The notes beneath the pieces are model-generated. The model ran no database searches, was not told the DNA's origin, and worked only from the letters and a program-made list of their open reading frames with translations. DNA of 64,000 bases from a virus, in IMG/VR virus record IMGVR_UViG_3300025128_000017, positions 1-64,000 of that record. One strand, given 5' to 3'. Position 1 is the first letter of the stretch, and every line of letters begins with the position of its first letter. Position numbers and translations under genes: made by a program. Below, one piece after another: positions 1 to 12,100 of this stretch.

Positions 1-24
1 TGGGAAGAAGAATGTGATACTCTA

Positions 25-1488
25 ATGGCAGATGTAAGAAAGCCTGTTTTTGTTGATAATGCTGTACATTTTGCTAAAGTTGATGTTCACAGTTTAGATG
101 GTAAACATAAGGTTACAATAGAATCTGAAAATAAAAATGAGTATAAACTTGCCACTGAAAAAGCCTATCAATACGTAGAATCTGGTGATTCTTTGTTAAT
201 AACGCATTTTGAAACACCCGGCCATTCCTTAAAAAGTGACATTTGGACACCGGAAGGTAGAAATGTTACAACTAAAATTGTATTTTCTTCTTTAAATCCT
301 CAAAAAAGATTGACTACTAGTACACAGAGTAGTACTTCTGACGGTCTGTTATTAGAACTTCGCAACATGAGAAAAAGAACATTAACAGATTTAGGGTTTA
401 GTCCTACTCCGATTTATCATGATGCTTTCATTAGACAAGGAATAAGAGATGGGGTAATTGACCCTCTAATGTTAAATCCACCTTTATCTTTACATTTTGG
501 TAGAACGGTAGATATAGGTTTTAGAACTACAGATTTAGTATTAAAAATGACATCTCGAATGGAAGATTCTGCTACATCTGTGGGTATTGGTGAAACTATG
601 AATTTGACTAGTGCTGGTACAAATAGAAGAAAACACAGTAATGTATTTCTTGCCCATGATTTCAATTCTATGAATACTATAACTGCTCTAAATTTAATTT
701 CAAAATACGATAATAGGTCATTAAATATGAATAAATACGGTAATTTACAATATATTCCAGCATCTCATCAAAAAGTACCTTCTTTGTTGTTGGAAGAAAA
801 AAGACGTGGCTCAGAAAATACAAATCCTCTAAATGATGAAGACAATAGAGTTACAATACAAGGCATTCCTTCTACTTTGAATGATGATGTAATAATTACT
901 ATGGAAGATGCTGAAAGTCAACAAAGTAAATTTAATGTGAATGTTAGAGAACAAATTGCTCCTACAATAGATGTTACTGTAAAAACATCAGAAGCCGCTA
1001 GGAAAGTAGCACGAAAGATGTTACAGATAAATAAACTTGCAAAAGGTGCTATTGATAGTAGAGGTCATCCTGATGCTTGGAAATTTAGACCGGGTGATTT
1101 AGTTTCTTACAAAGGTGAAATTTTATCTATTATCGATGCAAAACATGATACACAAAAAAATCTAAGTGACTTTAAATTTGTTCACTCATCAAGTGGTTTA
1201 AGCGGCATATTACAACTGTTATCTGAAAATTCAGCATTAAATGTAGCAACTCGTATGCCTGAAAAAACTACGCAAATAAGAGATTACAATTTTTCATTCT
1301 TCAATTCTTTAGAAGTAAAAGTAATACCATCCATACTTGTGCGGTCAGTAGCAGAGGAGAAAATTTTGTTAGGTCAACACGCCGGAAGGAGAAGTATTGG
1401 AGGTGCTGCTACAATAAGTGGTAGCACTACTGTTTCTAGTATTGGATTAAACAAAGGAGTTTATATCAACATAGAAGGTGATTATTAA
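25..1488 (+). CDS. Putative tail/baseplate structural protein
   Basis: 487 aa ORF coupled to the tail-fibre genes; C-terminal '...AARKVARKML...FRPGDLVSY' resembles baseplate-hub proteins. Confidence 0.45.
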   Translation: MADVRKPVFVDNAVHFAKVDVHSLDGKHKVTIESENKNEYKLATEKAYQYVESGDSLLITHFETPGHSLKSDIWTPEGRNVTTKIVFSSLNPQKRLTTSTQSSTSDGLLLELRNMRKRTLTDLGFSPTPIYHDAFIRQGIRDGVIDPLMLNPPLSLHFGRTVDIGFRTTDLVLKMTSRMEDSATSVGIGETMNLTSAGTNRRKHSNVFLAHDFNSMNTITALNLISKYDNRSLNMNKYGNLQYIPASHQKVPSLLLEEKRRGSENTNPLNDEDNRVTIQGIPSTLNDDVIITMEDAESQQSKFNVNVREQIAPTIDVTVKTSEAARKVARKMLQINKLAKGAIDSRGHPDAWKFRPGDLVSYKGEILSIIDAKHDTQKNLSDFKFVHSSSGLSGILQLLSENSALNVATRMPEKTTQIRDYNFSFFNSLEVKVIPSILVRSVAEEKILLGQHAGRRSIGGAATISGSTTVSSIGLNKGVYINIEGDY

Positions 1489-1832
1489 TGCCTGTAAACG
1501 ACCACTTGAAACGACTTATGGTAGAAACAATTGCCGATAATATAAATGAACTAACACTGGGTTTTGATGGTACACCTTCTACAAGTAGCGATGGTAGTGC
1601 AGGAAGACCTGCGTTAACCCTGTCTCCAACTGTTAAAGTGATAGACAATTCTACATTATTGGTAGAAGCAGATATCCCTACAACATACGCTTTCGATGAA
1701 AGTTTGAAGGAAGTTTATATTCAAATGCGTACTAGTACTGGGTTTACGCCAGTATCAAGACATGTTTTTAGACCAATATTAAAAACAGACACAAATGAAA
1801 TGAAAATACAATTACTAATCGAGGTGAAATAA
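1488..1832 (+). CDS. Small virion/tail protein
   Basis: 114 aa, TAATG overlap with the upstream gene, beta-rich, directly before the fibre genes. Confidence 0.45.
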   Translation: MPVNDHLKRLMVETIADNINELTLGFDGTPSTSSDGSAGRPALTLSPTVKVIDNSTLLVEADIPTTYAFDESLKEVYIQMRTSTGFTPVSRHVFRPILKTDTNEMKIQLLIEVK

Positions 1833-1833
1833 T

Positions 1834-4464
1834 ATGGCAGACCCAATTTCTGGACACACAACAACATTGACTGATGGCGGATTTATACTATCCCCATCTT
1901 TAACTAATTTGATAGCAGCAACACATGGCAACGGGATATTGTCTTTGGAAGATACGGCTACTACAGCAAGCACTCGTAATACACCAGCGTCTTTACCCGG
2001 TGCTGTAACACATGATGGTAATTACACTATAACAATAAAAGGCGGTCATGCTGTAATAGATGGTCTGATTTGTGATTTTGCTGATGGTTACACCAACAAC
2101 GCTCCAACAGCAATGACCTTACAATTAACTGCCGCTAATACTAGTGGAAGTAATTCTGCTTTAGGTTCAGGAGAGCAATGTCTGTTTGTTGTATACGTCA
2201 CATCTGATACTGGTAGTGGTAACACTAACAAGGGTATTAGAGTAGAAAAAGGTACTAACACTACGACTTTTCCTAGTACACCAAGTGCATTTTTGACAGA
2301 CCCCGATAGTAGTTTAGATGTCAAACAATCTACTGTATTGGCTGTAGTAAGAGCGACATATCAAGCATCTAATGGTGGAGATTTAAATGTCGATATACAA
2401 GAAGTATTCGATGTTAGAACTTTTTTGAAACCATCTCCAATATACTTTACACCGATGGTGAAGAGTGCTGTTGGTGCAGCAATTAATGATACTACTAGAA
2501 TAAACGAGTTTCAAGATTTAGATGCTATGCATGGTGCAGGTAATGAGAACGGACAGTTAGAGGACTCGACGTTAGGTGCTATGTGGATGAGTAAAGATGT
2601 ACACGGTAACGATGCATTGTATTTTTCTGGAAAGTTAGGAGGTTCAAGAAGAACTTTCAAATTAGGTCCAGATAATTTATATCAAGCCTCAACTAGTTCT
2701 AATATCACATTTGAATATGACGATTACAATTATTTCCTAATTACTCCGGGTGCTGGTATAACATTAAATCCTGATGTTTCAGATGCTGCGTTTCCTCCCG
2801 GCCATACTGTGATAGTCACTAATTTAGCGGCTAATACACATAGTATCGCTTTTGATAGTACAGGAATAAACATATCAATTGGTCCTCAATCTTGGGGTAT
2901 TTTCAGTTATACTGGTAGTGCATGGGTTAAAGTTTTAGATGCGAGTCTTTCTACATCTACGTCTGCTGGTAATGCTAATGAAGTTCAACTTGGTACTGCT
3001 TCAGCAGCCTTTGCTGCTTCTAGTTCTCTAACATTTAATGCATCTAGTAACCCCAAGTTATTGACTTTAGGGGGTAATGCTAGTATTAGTGGTTTAGTGT
3101 ATAACCCAACAGGATTACAATTTACGAAAGTTAACGATAATCCCGGTAATGCATTTACATTATGGGTGGATGAAGATGATAGTGATAAATTAAAATTTGG
3201 TACTAGTGAAGTATCTGTAGGGGCAGGAACAACAACGTTTCTAGGTTTATCAGACACTCCTAGTAGTTTCACTAATGGACATATTTTGAAAACATCCGGT
3301 AGTGCTGTAACATCTGCTGCTCTTACTAATTCTGATTTACCTACTGCTTTGACCTCTGTAGTAAGTATAGGTAGAACTAACGATGTATTGACTGTAAGTA
3401 AAGATTTGACTGTAACAGGTAATTTTATTGTCAACGGTGAAACTACTACAATAAATAGTAATACACTTACTGTAGACGATAAATTTATTCAATTAGGTAA
3501 CATAGTAAGTGGTACTATAACAGGTAATTTTTCTAATGCGTCTGCCGTTGTTACCAACATTGCAGATACCAGTTCTCTAGTAGTTGGTATGGCTATAACT
3601 AATGGTGATGGTGGTGCAGGTGGTTTTACCGGAATAGCCGGAGGTACTACAATAGCAAGCATTGCTGGTAATGGTACTGAAATAACTTTGAGTCAAGCAG
3701 TTACTGGTACTGGAAGTACAAGAATTGTGAATTTTGGTGCTTCTAGCGATTTAACATCTGATGGTGGTGGTATAAAATTAGCAGGTACTTCAACAAATAA
3801 AGAAATAACTTGGAGCAACGCTAACGATGCTTGGACATTTAATCAAAATATCTATCCTAGTGCTGACAGTACTTACAATTTAGGTTCTTCAGCAATAAGA
3901 TTTGCTAATGGGTATTTAGACGCTATTGATGTGACTAGTGTAGTTGCTGGCACTATTACAGGTTCAGGTGATTTGAATATAAAGAAAAATAACGGAGATA
4001 GTGGTCTATTGTTTGTTGATAAATCTGCTGATAAGGTTGGAATAAACACAGGTACAGACCCTGCAATTGATTTGGAAGTTGGTGGTGCTGGATTTTCCAG
4101 TGTAATAACTGTTGGCACTGGTACAACGGCTGCTGGTAGTGGTGTAAATAATTTTACTATATTAGATGCTACGAAAACTGCTAAATTTAAGGCTTTGAGA
4201 TTATTTATGGCAATTACTGGTGGCGACCCAGCGATAACAGAATTATCTACTGCACATGTCATTGTAAATGGAACTAGCAATGCTGTAATAGGCACTCCTT
4301 ATGGAGTCACTTTGAGTTCAGGTTCAACTGCTGTTGTTGGCACTTATGCAATTGGTTTGGGTAGTAGTAATGAATTGGTGCTAAAAATTACAGCAAACAG
4401 CGGAGCACCACAAAGCAACCCAATATCAGGAAAAATTACAATTCAAGGTATGGACTTAAGTTGA
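1834..4464 (+). CDS. Tail fibre/structural protein
   Basis: 876 aa, Gly/Thr/Ser/Asn-rich; fibre motifs 'LTVTGNFIVNGETTTINS', 'YNLGSSAIRF', 'VGINTG'; GAGGTG RBS. Confidence 0.7.
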   Translation: MADPISGHTTTLTDGGFILSPSLTNLIAATHGNGILSLEDTATTASTRNTPASLPGAVTHDGNYTITIKGGHAVIDGLICDFADGYTNNAPTAMTLQLTAANTSGSNSALGSGEQCLFVVYVTSDTGSGNTNKGIRVEKGTNTTTFPSTPSAFLTDPDSSLDVKQSTVLAVVRATYQASNGGDLNVDIQEVFDVRTFLKPSPIYFTPMVKSAVGAAINDTTRINEFQDLDAMHGAGNENGQLEDSTLGAMWMSKDVHGNDALYFSGKLGGSRRTFKLGPDNLYQASTSSNITFEYDDYNYFLITPGAGITLNPDVSDAAFPPGHTVIVTNLAANTHSIAFDSTGINISIGPQSWGIFSYTGSAWVKVLDASLSTSTSAGNANEVQLGTASAAFAASSSLTFNASSNPKLLTLGGNASISGLVYNPTGLQFTKVNDNPGNAFTLWVDEDDSDKLKFGTSEVSVGAGTTTFLGLSDTPSSFTNGHILKTSGSAVTSAALTNSDLPTALTSVVSIGRTNDVLTVSKDLTVTGNFIVNGETTTINSNTLTVDDKFIQLGNIVSGTITGNFSNASAVVTNIADTSSLVVGMAITNGDGGAGGFTGIAGGTTIASIAGNGTEITLSQAVTGTGSTRIVNFGASSDLTSDGGGIKLAGTSTNKEITWSNANDAWTFNQNIYPSADSTYNLGSSAIRFANGYLDAIDVTSVVAGTITGSGDLNIKKNNGDSGLLFVDKSADKVGINTGTDPAIDLEVGGAGFSSVITVGTGTTAAGSGVNNFTILDATKTAKFKALRLFMAITGGDPAITELSTAHVIVNGTSNAVIGTPYGVTLSSGSTAVVGTYAIGLGSSNELVLKITANSGAPQSNPISGKITIQGMDLS

Positions 4465-4473
4465 GGTGATTAA

Positions 4474-6102
4474 ATGACGGAAGTAGATTTTAAGGTCAAA
4501 AAGGGTTTTGTGTCCGAAAATGGGGATTTAACTCTACAGAATGGTAATATCGTATTAGCGAATGGTCATGCTGATATAGATAACATCAGGATTGATGCTA
4601 ATACTATAACAAGTCAAAATACTAATGGTGATATTAAACTAGTACCTAATGGTGACGGTTTAGTGAAAATTAATACTGGTGATTCAGAGTTTTATCTTCC
4701 AACAAGTACTTCTCCTACTAATGGACATGTAATTACTTATAACGGTAAACAAACAATATGGTCAGCCCCTACTGCTGGTGGTGTAGCAGCAGATGATATT
4801 ACAACTGGTGATGCAGCCATAAATATCGTAACAACGTCTGGAAATATTACATTAGACGCTCAAGCGACAGATGCTGATATTATCTTTAAAGTAGATGATG
4901 GTGATACTCCTGTTACTGCTTTGACATTAGATGGTTCTGATGCTGGTAGAGGTATTTTTGCAGGTAATGTTACTGTAACTGGTAATGAAGTTGCATTCGG
5001 TAATGGTGCAACTATTGTAAACACTAATGCTAATTTATTAACAATTACTGAAGCAACTACAACCTTTAGTGGAGATGTCATTGTTGGTGGAGATTTGGAA
5101 GTCACAGGTAATGATATCAAATCATCCGGTGGTACTACTGCGATTACTCTGAGTGGGGCAAACGTTTCAGTTGCTGGAGATTTGACTGTAACGGGAAAAA
5201 CAATTACTACTGAAGTGGAAACTGTATCGACATCTAATGGTGTAATCTTTGAAGGAAGTCAAGCGAATGACCATGAGGTATTATTGAAAGCAGGTGCAGT
5301 TAGTGCAGATAGAATTATTACTTTACCTGATGAACAAGGTACTGTACTAACTAGTGTATCTACAGCATCTGCACTTACATCTGTAGGTACATTAACTGCT
5401 TTAACAGTAGACAATATAAGTATTAATGGTTCTACAATCGGACACACTAGTGATACTGATTTATTAACACTTGCTAATGGATTATTAACAGTAGCAGGAG
5501 AGATATCAGTAACAACACTTGACATTGGTGGAACTAACGTCACAGCAACAGCAACAGAACTCAATGTTTTGGATAATGTGACGGCTGGAACTGTTACTGC
5601 AAGTTTAGGACTAGTTGTTGATAGCAATAAAGATATCGCTACATTAAATCAACTAGATTCAGCAACGCTCAAGGCAGGTGCTGGTGTTGCTGTAGGGACT
5701 GGTGGAGACCATATAATAATTGGAGATGACGATAAAACCAGTATTTATTCTAAAACTTCTACATCTACTAGTTTTAGTGCAGGTACTGCAACAACCATAT
5801 TTACACTTGACAGCACTACAAATAAAGGTGTTAAACTTTTAATTCATTTTAAACAACATGATAGTCCTTATAACGTTCACATGGAAGAAATGTTAGTTAC
5901 ATGGGGTGGCTCTAGCAGTAATAGTCAAGCAGGGGCTGATGCAGATGTACATGTAGTACAATACGGTCTAATCCGTACCGATGTATCGGGTGCAGGTTCG
6001 GGTACAATAACTGTGGCTCGTAGTAGTGCTAACATAAATGTTCAGTGGACTTCAGCAGTACTTGAAAATTGGGTTTATAAAATACATGCTGTCAAAATAT
6101 GA
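4474..6102 (+). CDS. Tail fibre protein
   Basis: 542 aa, 'GDLTVTG' and 'NTNGDIKLVPNGDG' fibre repeats; GAGGTG RBS. Confidence 0.7.
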   Translation: MTEVDFKVKKGFVSENGDLTLQNGNIVLANGHADIDNIRIDANTITSQNTNGDIKLVPNGDGLVKINTGDSEFYLPTSTSPTNGHVITYNGKQTIWSAPTAGGVAADDITTGDAAINIVTTSGNITLDAQATDADIIFKVDDGDTPVTALTLDGSDAGRGIFAGNVTVTGNEVAFGNGATIVNTNANLLTITEATTTFSGDVIVGGDLEVTGNDIKSSGGTTAITLSGANVSVAGDLTVTGKTITTEVETVSTSNGVIFEGSQANDHEVLLKAGAVSADRIITLPDEQGTVLTSVSTASALTSVGTLTALTVDNISINGSTIGHTSDTDLLTLANGLLTVAGEISVTTLDIGGTNVTATATELNVLDNVTAGTVTASLGLVVDSNKDIATLNQLDSATLKAGAGVAVGTGGDHIIIGDDDKTSIYSKTSTSTSFSAGTATTIFTLDSTTNKGVKLLIHFKQHDSPYNVHMEEMLVTWGGSSSNSQAGADADVHVVQYGLIRTDVSGAGSGTITVARSSANINVQWTSAVLENWVYKIHAVKI

Positions 6103-6111
6103 GGTGAAAAA

Positions 6112-9100
6112 ATGGTAACATATACACCTTTTAAGGCATTACACGGTGCAAAAATTGAAGATGATGGTAATGCTGAAATCAATGTAGAGAGGTACAGTGG
6201 TACAAATCTCCGTATACAATCACAAGCATCTGCTGGTAGAATTGAGACAACAACTGCACATCCATTATGGTTAGGTGCGAATGGCAGCGGTAGAATTGAA
6301 ATTCAATCCGGTGGATTAGTGAGCATACCCGGTGCTTTGACAGTTAGTGGTACATTTAATGCAACACTTGCTACTGCTGCTCAAACCAACATAACATCTG
6401 TTGGTTCTTTAACTTCTTTAGATGTAAATGGTGATACTACAATATCAGGTACACTTTCATTAGATGGTTCTGCTAATGAATTAAGATTTTATGAAGGTTC
6501 TAATTATGTAGGGTTTGAAGCCCCTGCTTTATCTGCTGACCAAATATGGGTATTACCTGCTGCTGACGGTAGTGCTAATCAAGCCTTAACTACGGATGGT
6601 AGCGGTAATTTTCAGTGGTCTAGTGCAAGCAGTATTGCAGGAGCAGGTAGTAATTTATCTCTTGCCAACGGTACTAACAATCGCATTGTAACTGCGGTAG
6701 ATGGTAGTAATCTAAACGGTGAAGCAAATTTAACTTTTAATGGTTCTACATTAACCGTTGCAGGTGATATGTTAGTTAACAATAATGGCTCAATAAAGGC
6801 AAACGGAAGTGGGTCTTTACTACTTGGAAATACAAATGCTGGTCTTATTAAAGTTCATGGTGGCACAGGTTCGTCTATTGTAGAAGGTCATAGTAATCAC
6901 CTAGTTCTACAAACAGTACGTGATAGTGATGATATTATATTCAACGTAAATGCAGGAGGTACTGATTCAGATACTACTGTTGTTGAAGCGATGAGAATAC
7001 ATGGGCCGGATGCTAATATTGGAATAGGCACTACTTCCCCCGAATATACGTTAGATGTTCAAGATGGTTCAGTTAGAATATTACCTACTATTTCATCCAA
7101 TGCAGGAACGGCTATTAGAATAGGAGCAAGAGGTAATAGTAATGATATTACCTTGCTAAGAATAGACGGAGAAGGTTCGGGTGCAGATGGGGCAGGTAAT
7201 TCGGGAGAATCTGATAGTGCTAAGTATGGTTTCTCAATGAAATACATGGGTAGTGGTAGTGGTGAAGGTAATAGATATGCTATGTTTATGGATAATCAAG
7301 CCGGAAGTGCCATTGAAGCCATGAGTATTTTACAAGGTGGTAATGTCGGAATAGGCACTACAAGTCCTTCAAGTGAATTAGAAGTTGCAGGTAATACAAC
7401 AGGTAATGTGGCAATTACCATAGATAATGACAATACGGCAGGTTTGGGTTCTTTTATGCTACAAGAAGATGGTACAACTACCGGAATATTCCAATATAGA
7501 GGAAGCACTAATGGAACTTTACCAAATACAGTTCGTGTAGGTTCTAATGTCGCAGGTGGCAATCTTGCATTTACTTATGCAGGTGGAACTACTGGAATGT
7601 ATCTGAAAGGTAGTGATGGTAATGTTGGAATAGGAACTACAAGTCCTTCTGCTCCATTACACATTGTAAGTTCAACTACTTCTGATATGTTAAGATTAGA
7701 AGGAACAGATGCAGGTAGTTCTTCTGCTCCCGATTTAATATTATATAGAAACTCATCAAGTCCGGCAGTAAATGATTTTGTTGGAATTATTGATTTTAAA
7801 GGTAAAGATGATGGTGGTAATGAAAAATATTATGCTAGAATGGGTGCTAAAATAAGAGATGCTTCAGCAGGTAGTGAATATGGACAACTATTCTTTATGC
7901 CCGCTAGAAATGGTTCAACAGATGTTAGTAACGCTTCATTATTATTAGATTCAGGATTTGGTGCAGTTTTCAATGAAGGTGGACAAGCCGCATTGGATTT
8001 CCGTGTAGAATCAGACACAAAAGATAAAGCAATTTTTGTTGATAGTGGTTCTAATACTGCCGCCTTCATTAACGATGCCTTGATAGTTAGTGCCACACTA
8101 GTACATATAAATTCAAATAATGCTAATTTTGATTTTAGGGTTGATGCTGAATACGCTGATAATTTATTAAGAACTGATGGTTCAACGGGTGCTGTTGGAA
8201 TTAATACTGCACCGGATAGTGATGTTTCTTTACATGTTAAAGATTATAATAGTCAAGATACAGTCGTAAGAATAGAAAGTGATGAAAATAGTACCGATAA
8301 ATCACCTGCTTTAGAATTATATAAAAGTTCTACGGCTGATGTTCAAGACCCAATCGGTAGAGTTTTATTTGCAGGGAAAAATGACGGCGGAAGTAAAACA
8401 GAATATGCTTCAATTGTAGCATATATTCAAGATGAAACGGCGAGTTCTGAAGACGGTTCAATGAGATTTGAAATACTAAAAGGAAATTCAAACAAAGAAT
8501 ATCTTAGAATGAACTCTTACGGAGTTATATTTAATGAATTAGGTGCTGACCAAGATTTCAAAGTCGAATCTAATAATAATGCAAATATGTTCGTTATTAA
8601 TGGTGGAACAGATAGAGTAGGAATAGGCACTGCAAGTCCTTCCAATACATTACACGTTGAAAGTGCAGATGAAAAATTGGCTCTTTTCAAATCCACAGAT
8701 GCAGGAGCAGGAATACAAATAGATTCTCCCGATGATGGGTATAGCGTAGTCTTCTTTTCAGAAGGGGGAACTGATAAATGGAGTCTTGGTAAATTAGCAA
8801 ATAATTCAGATAAGTTTTCTATATATGATGAAGTAAATAATGCTCCTAGATTAGTTATTGCCTCATCGGGTTATGTTGGAATAGGTACTACAAGTCCTAC
8901 CCATAAGTTACATCTTAGTGATAGTAGTAGAGTTGATATTAAATTTTCAAAAGACAGTTCAGAAGACCATTACATTAGAAAAGACGGTGATTATCTTAGA
9001 TTTAGAGGACATGACGATAGCACGATATTGATGGAAATGAGAAATAATTCATCAAGCAACCATGTTAGTTTTCCTAGTGGTAAGGTTGGAATAGGCACTA

Positions 9101-12100
9101 ACACTCCTTCTTCTCTACTACATATTCACGGAGATATGGCTGATGGCAAGCAAGGGATACTGATAACAAGAAATGATACTAGTACTGCCGACACTAATCT
9201 TCTTGGGGCGATTGGTTTTGATTCTAGTGACGGCAATATCCCTAGTAAAGTGACAGAGGCATCTGCGGGTATTGCTGCTTATGCCGCAGAAGACCACAGT
9301 ACAGGAGATAAAGGTGGAGACTTAGTATTCTTTACTTCGCCTATTGACCAAGACGATGATACTGCCTCTCTTGAGAGAATGCGTATTAATTCAGAAGGCA
9401 AGATTGGGATAGGTACTAATGACCCTTGCGATTTAGTACATATAGCAGGTTATGGTAGAGTATTTACTGAAACTGCGGGCTATCTTGATGGTAATATTTT
9501 CAATAGTTATTCATGGTCGCCAATGTCCGATTTGAGTAGCCCACCTGCCGGATTTACAATTAATGGTGGAACAGATGAAAATAGTATAGTCTATGGTGAA
9601 ACCCCGTTAGGCTCAGATGATTATTATTATGCTAGAGGATTACTATGGCGTTTTCAAGATAGTGGTAATAGTAGTGCAAGTGGTGGATTCTTAACTGCCA
9701 CACCATATCCTAAAATTGATGTAAATAAAAGTTATAGAATGTCTGTATGGATAAAAAGAAGTCATCTTACAGAAGGTTCTTACTATATGGGTATGTATGG
9801 TATGGATGGTCCTAGTGGGGCTAACGTAGGTATACAAGACGTAACTAGGAGAGGTACTTTAGATGGTGCAATAACTGCTACAGGTACTTTTACTGCTAAT
9901 TTCTCTAGCGGTAGTGCCACTCTTACAAATATTAGCATAAATACTAATTTATTAGTAACAGGAATGTCTTTGTTTGATGTGGCAGATGGTACATTTGATG
10001 GTATACCCGACAACACTACTATTCAATCAATAGATTCATCTTCTCAAATAACCATGAGTGCTAATGCTACAGCCACAGGTACAGGTAGAGGTGTTAATTA
10101 CGGTAAAACAAGTATTCTTTTAAATTCCGGTCATGGTTTACTTGATGGTAATGGTAGCACGACAAGATATGCAGTGATAAATAACGTAGATAGAATATCT
10201 TATACTGATATAGATAACAATATGCTAACGGGCATTCCATTAACCGGAGAGTATGCTATAGGTCAATCACATGCTGATGGTGCAAAGATAATGCAGAATG
10301 AAACTAACGCTTATTTTACGAGTGGCGATTTACCGGAAGTAGATAAGTGGTATTTAGTTGTAGGTTACGTTCAAGGAATGGGAGATACAGATTATACAGA
10401 TAGAGGTGCGGTATATGATGGTGAGACAGGTAATAGGGTAGGTGTTTGCGGTAATTTCCAATGGTGGTCGCAAACTACATATGTTAAAAATAGAGTTTAT
10501 ATGTATTACAGTGATGATAGTCCTGAACAGATTCAACACGCTTTTGACCCACGTTTTGAAGAAATAAGTGGTGCTCCACAGATAAACACTCTTCTAGGTG
10601 GAAAAATAACAACAGGTATGACGATTAAAAATGATGTATCTGATATAAGTCCTACAAGTGGTTATGTTTCTCTTGGAGAACATTCAGGTACATTAGAGGT
10701 GAATACTGAACACGGTTATCTTCGTTTAGGTGCTGCAAATAGTAGTTATAACCATATACAGGGAGAAAATGCAAAATTCTATTTCAATAAACCTTTAGTT
10801 ATAGATGGTGGAAATACATCGGGTAGTGCTTACCAAATTTCTTCTTACTCTTCTGAAGATTTAGTGTTGGCAACTCAAGATGGTGCAGAAAATAGAATAA
10901 CAATAAAATCGGACACAGGTAATGTAGGAATAGGTGTTACAAGTCCGGCAGCAAAATTACAAGTTCTTCAAAATAATGCTGCATGGACTATACTTGCGGG
11001 TGCTGATTTAAGTAATCCAACTTTAACTGATGATACTAGAAAATTTATGAGATTAGGTATGCCACATTATGATACTGACGAACAATCATTTTCTCTAATA
11101 ACAGGTGATACCGATAATGGTACTAACAAGTTATTCATAGGTGGTGGAACAAGTGTTGGAAATGCGGCAACTCACATTTTCTTCAATACTGCGGCTGACT
11201 CAACTACAACTACCGGAACAACAAGAATGACAATAAAAGATAGTGGTAAAGTTGGAATAGGTACTACAAGTCCAGATGGTCCACTTCATATCTATCATAC
11301 AGACAACACAGGAGTTCCGGCACTGAAAATAGAAACAGATGCAAGTGCTTCTCCCTCGGATTGTATATTTAGAATGCAAGAGTCTCATGGTTCTGATACT
11401 TATATAGATTTCACAGTCAACACATTCGGGCAATTGGAGATATCGGGTGGTGCTGGTACAAGAAGACCGATATTAACAGCAGATGACCCCGATACAGATA
11501 CATCGGGTGTAATCAGCCTGAACAAAAGCCACTATGAGTGGGACACACAGATATTCGGTGATTCAAGCACTCCTGTCATCTTTGTGGATGGAACTAACAA
11601 TCGAATGGGTGTAAACACTGGAAGTCCTGCTTCATTGCTTCATGTTTATGGTGAAGACCCTATTCTAACTCTTGAAGACACATCAATAGGCGTTTCCGCA
11701 CTTAGTAGAACTATGGCAGGAATAAATATAATCTCAGGAGGCATGAATGCGAGTTCTGCTCAATACGGTACTGCGGTTAAGTTTTTATCTCATGATGACC
11801 AATTTACAACGGAAAATCCTAAATTTTTAGCGGCTATTGCTCCAAGAGCAACAGAAACCTATGATGGTGATACTGATGGTGGAATGGCGTTAGATTTCGC
11901 AGTAACAGATAATGCACAAGGAACAACAAATGTTCCGCTTGTTAGAATGACAGTTGACCACACAGGTTATGTTGGAATAGGTACTACACACCCTGCAAGA
12001 AAATTACATGTTCAAGGTAGTGCTAATGATGAAGTTGTAGCGTTATTCACGACAGTAGGTGGAACAGGTGGTTCTACTCAAGGTAAAGCACATATCGGTT

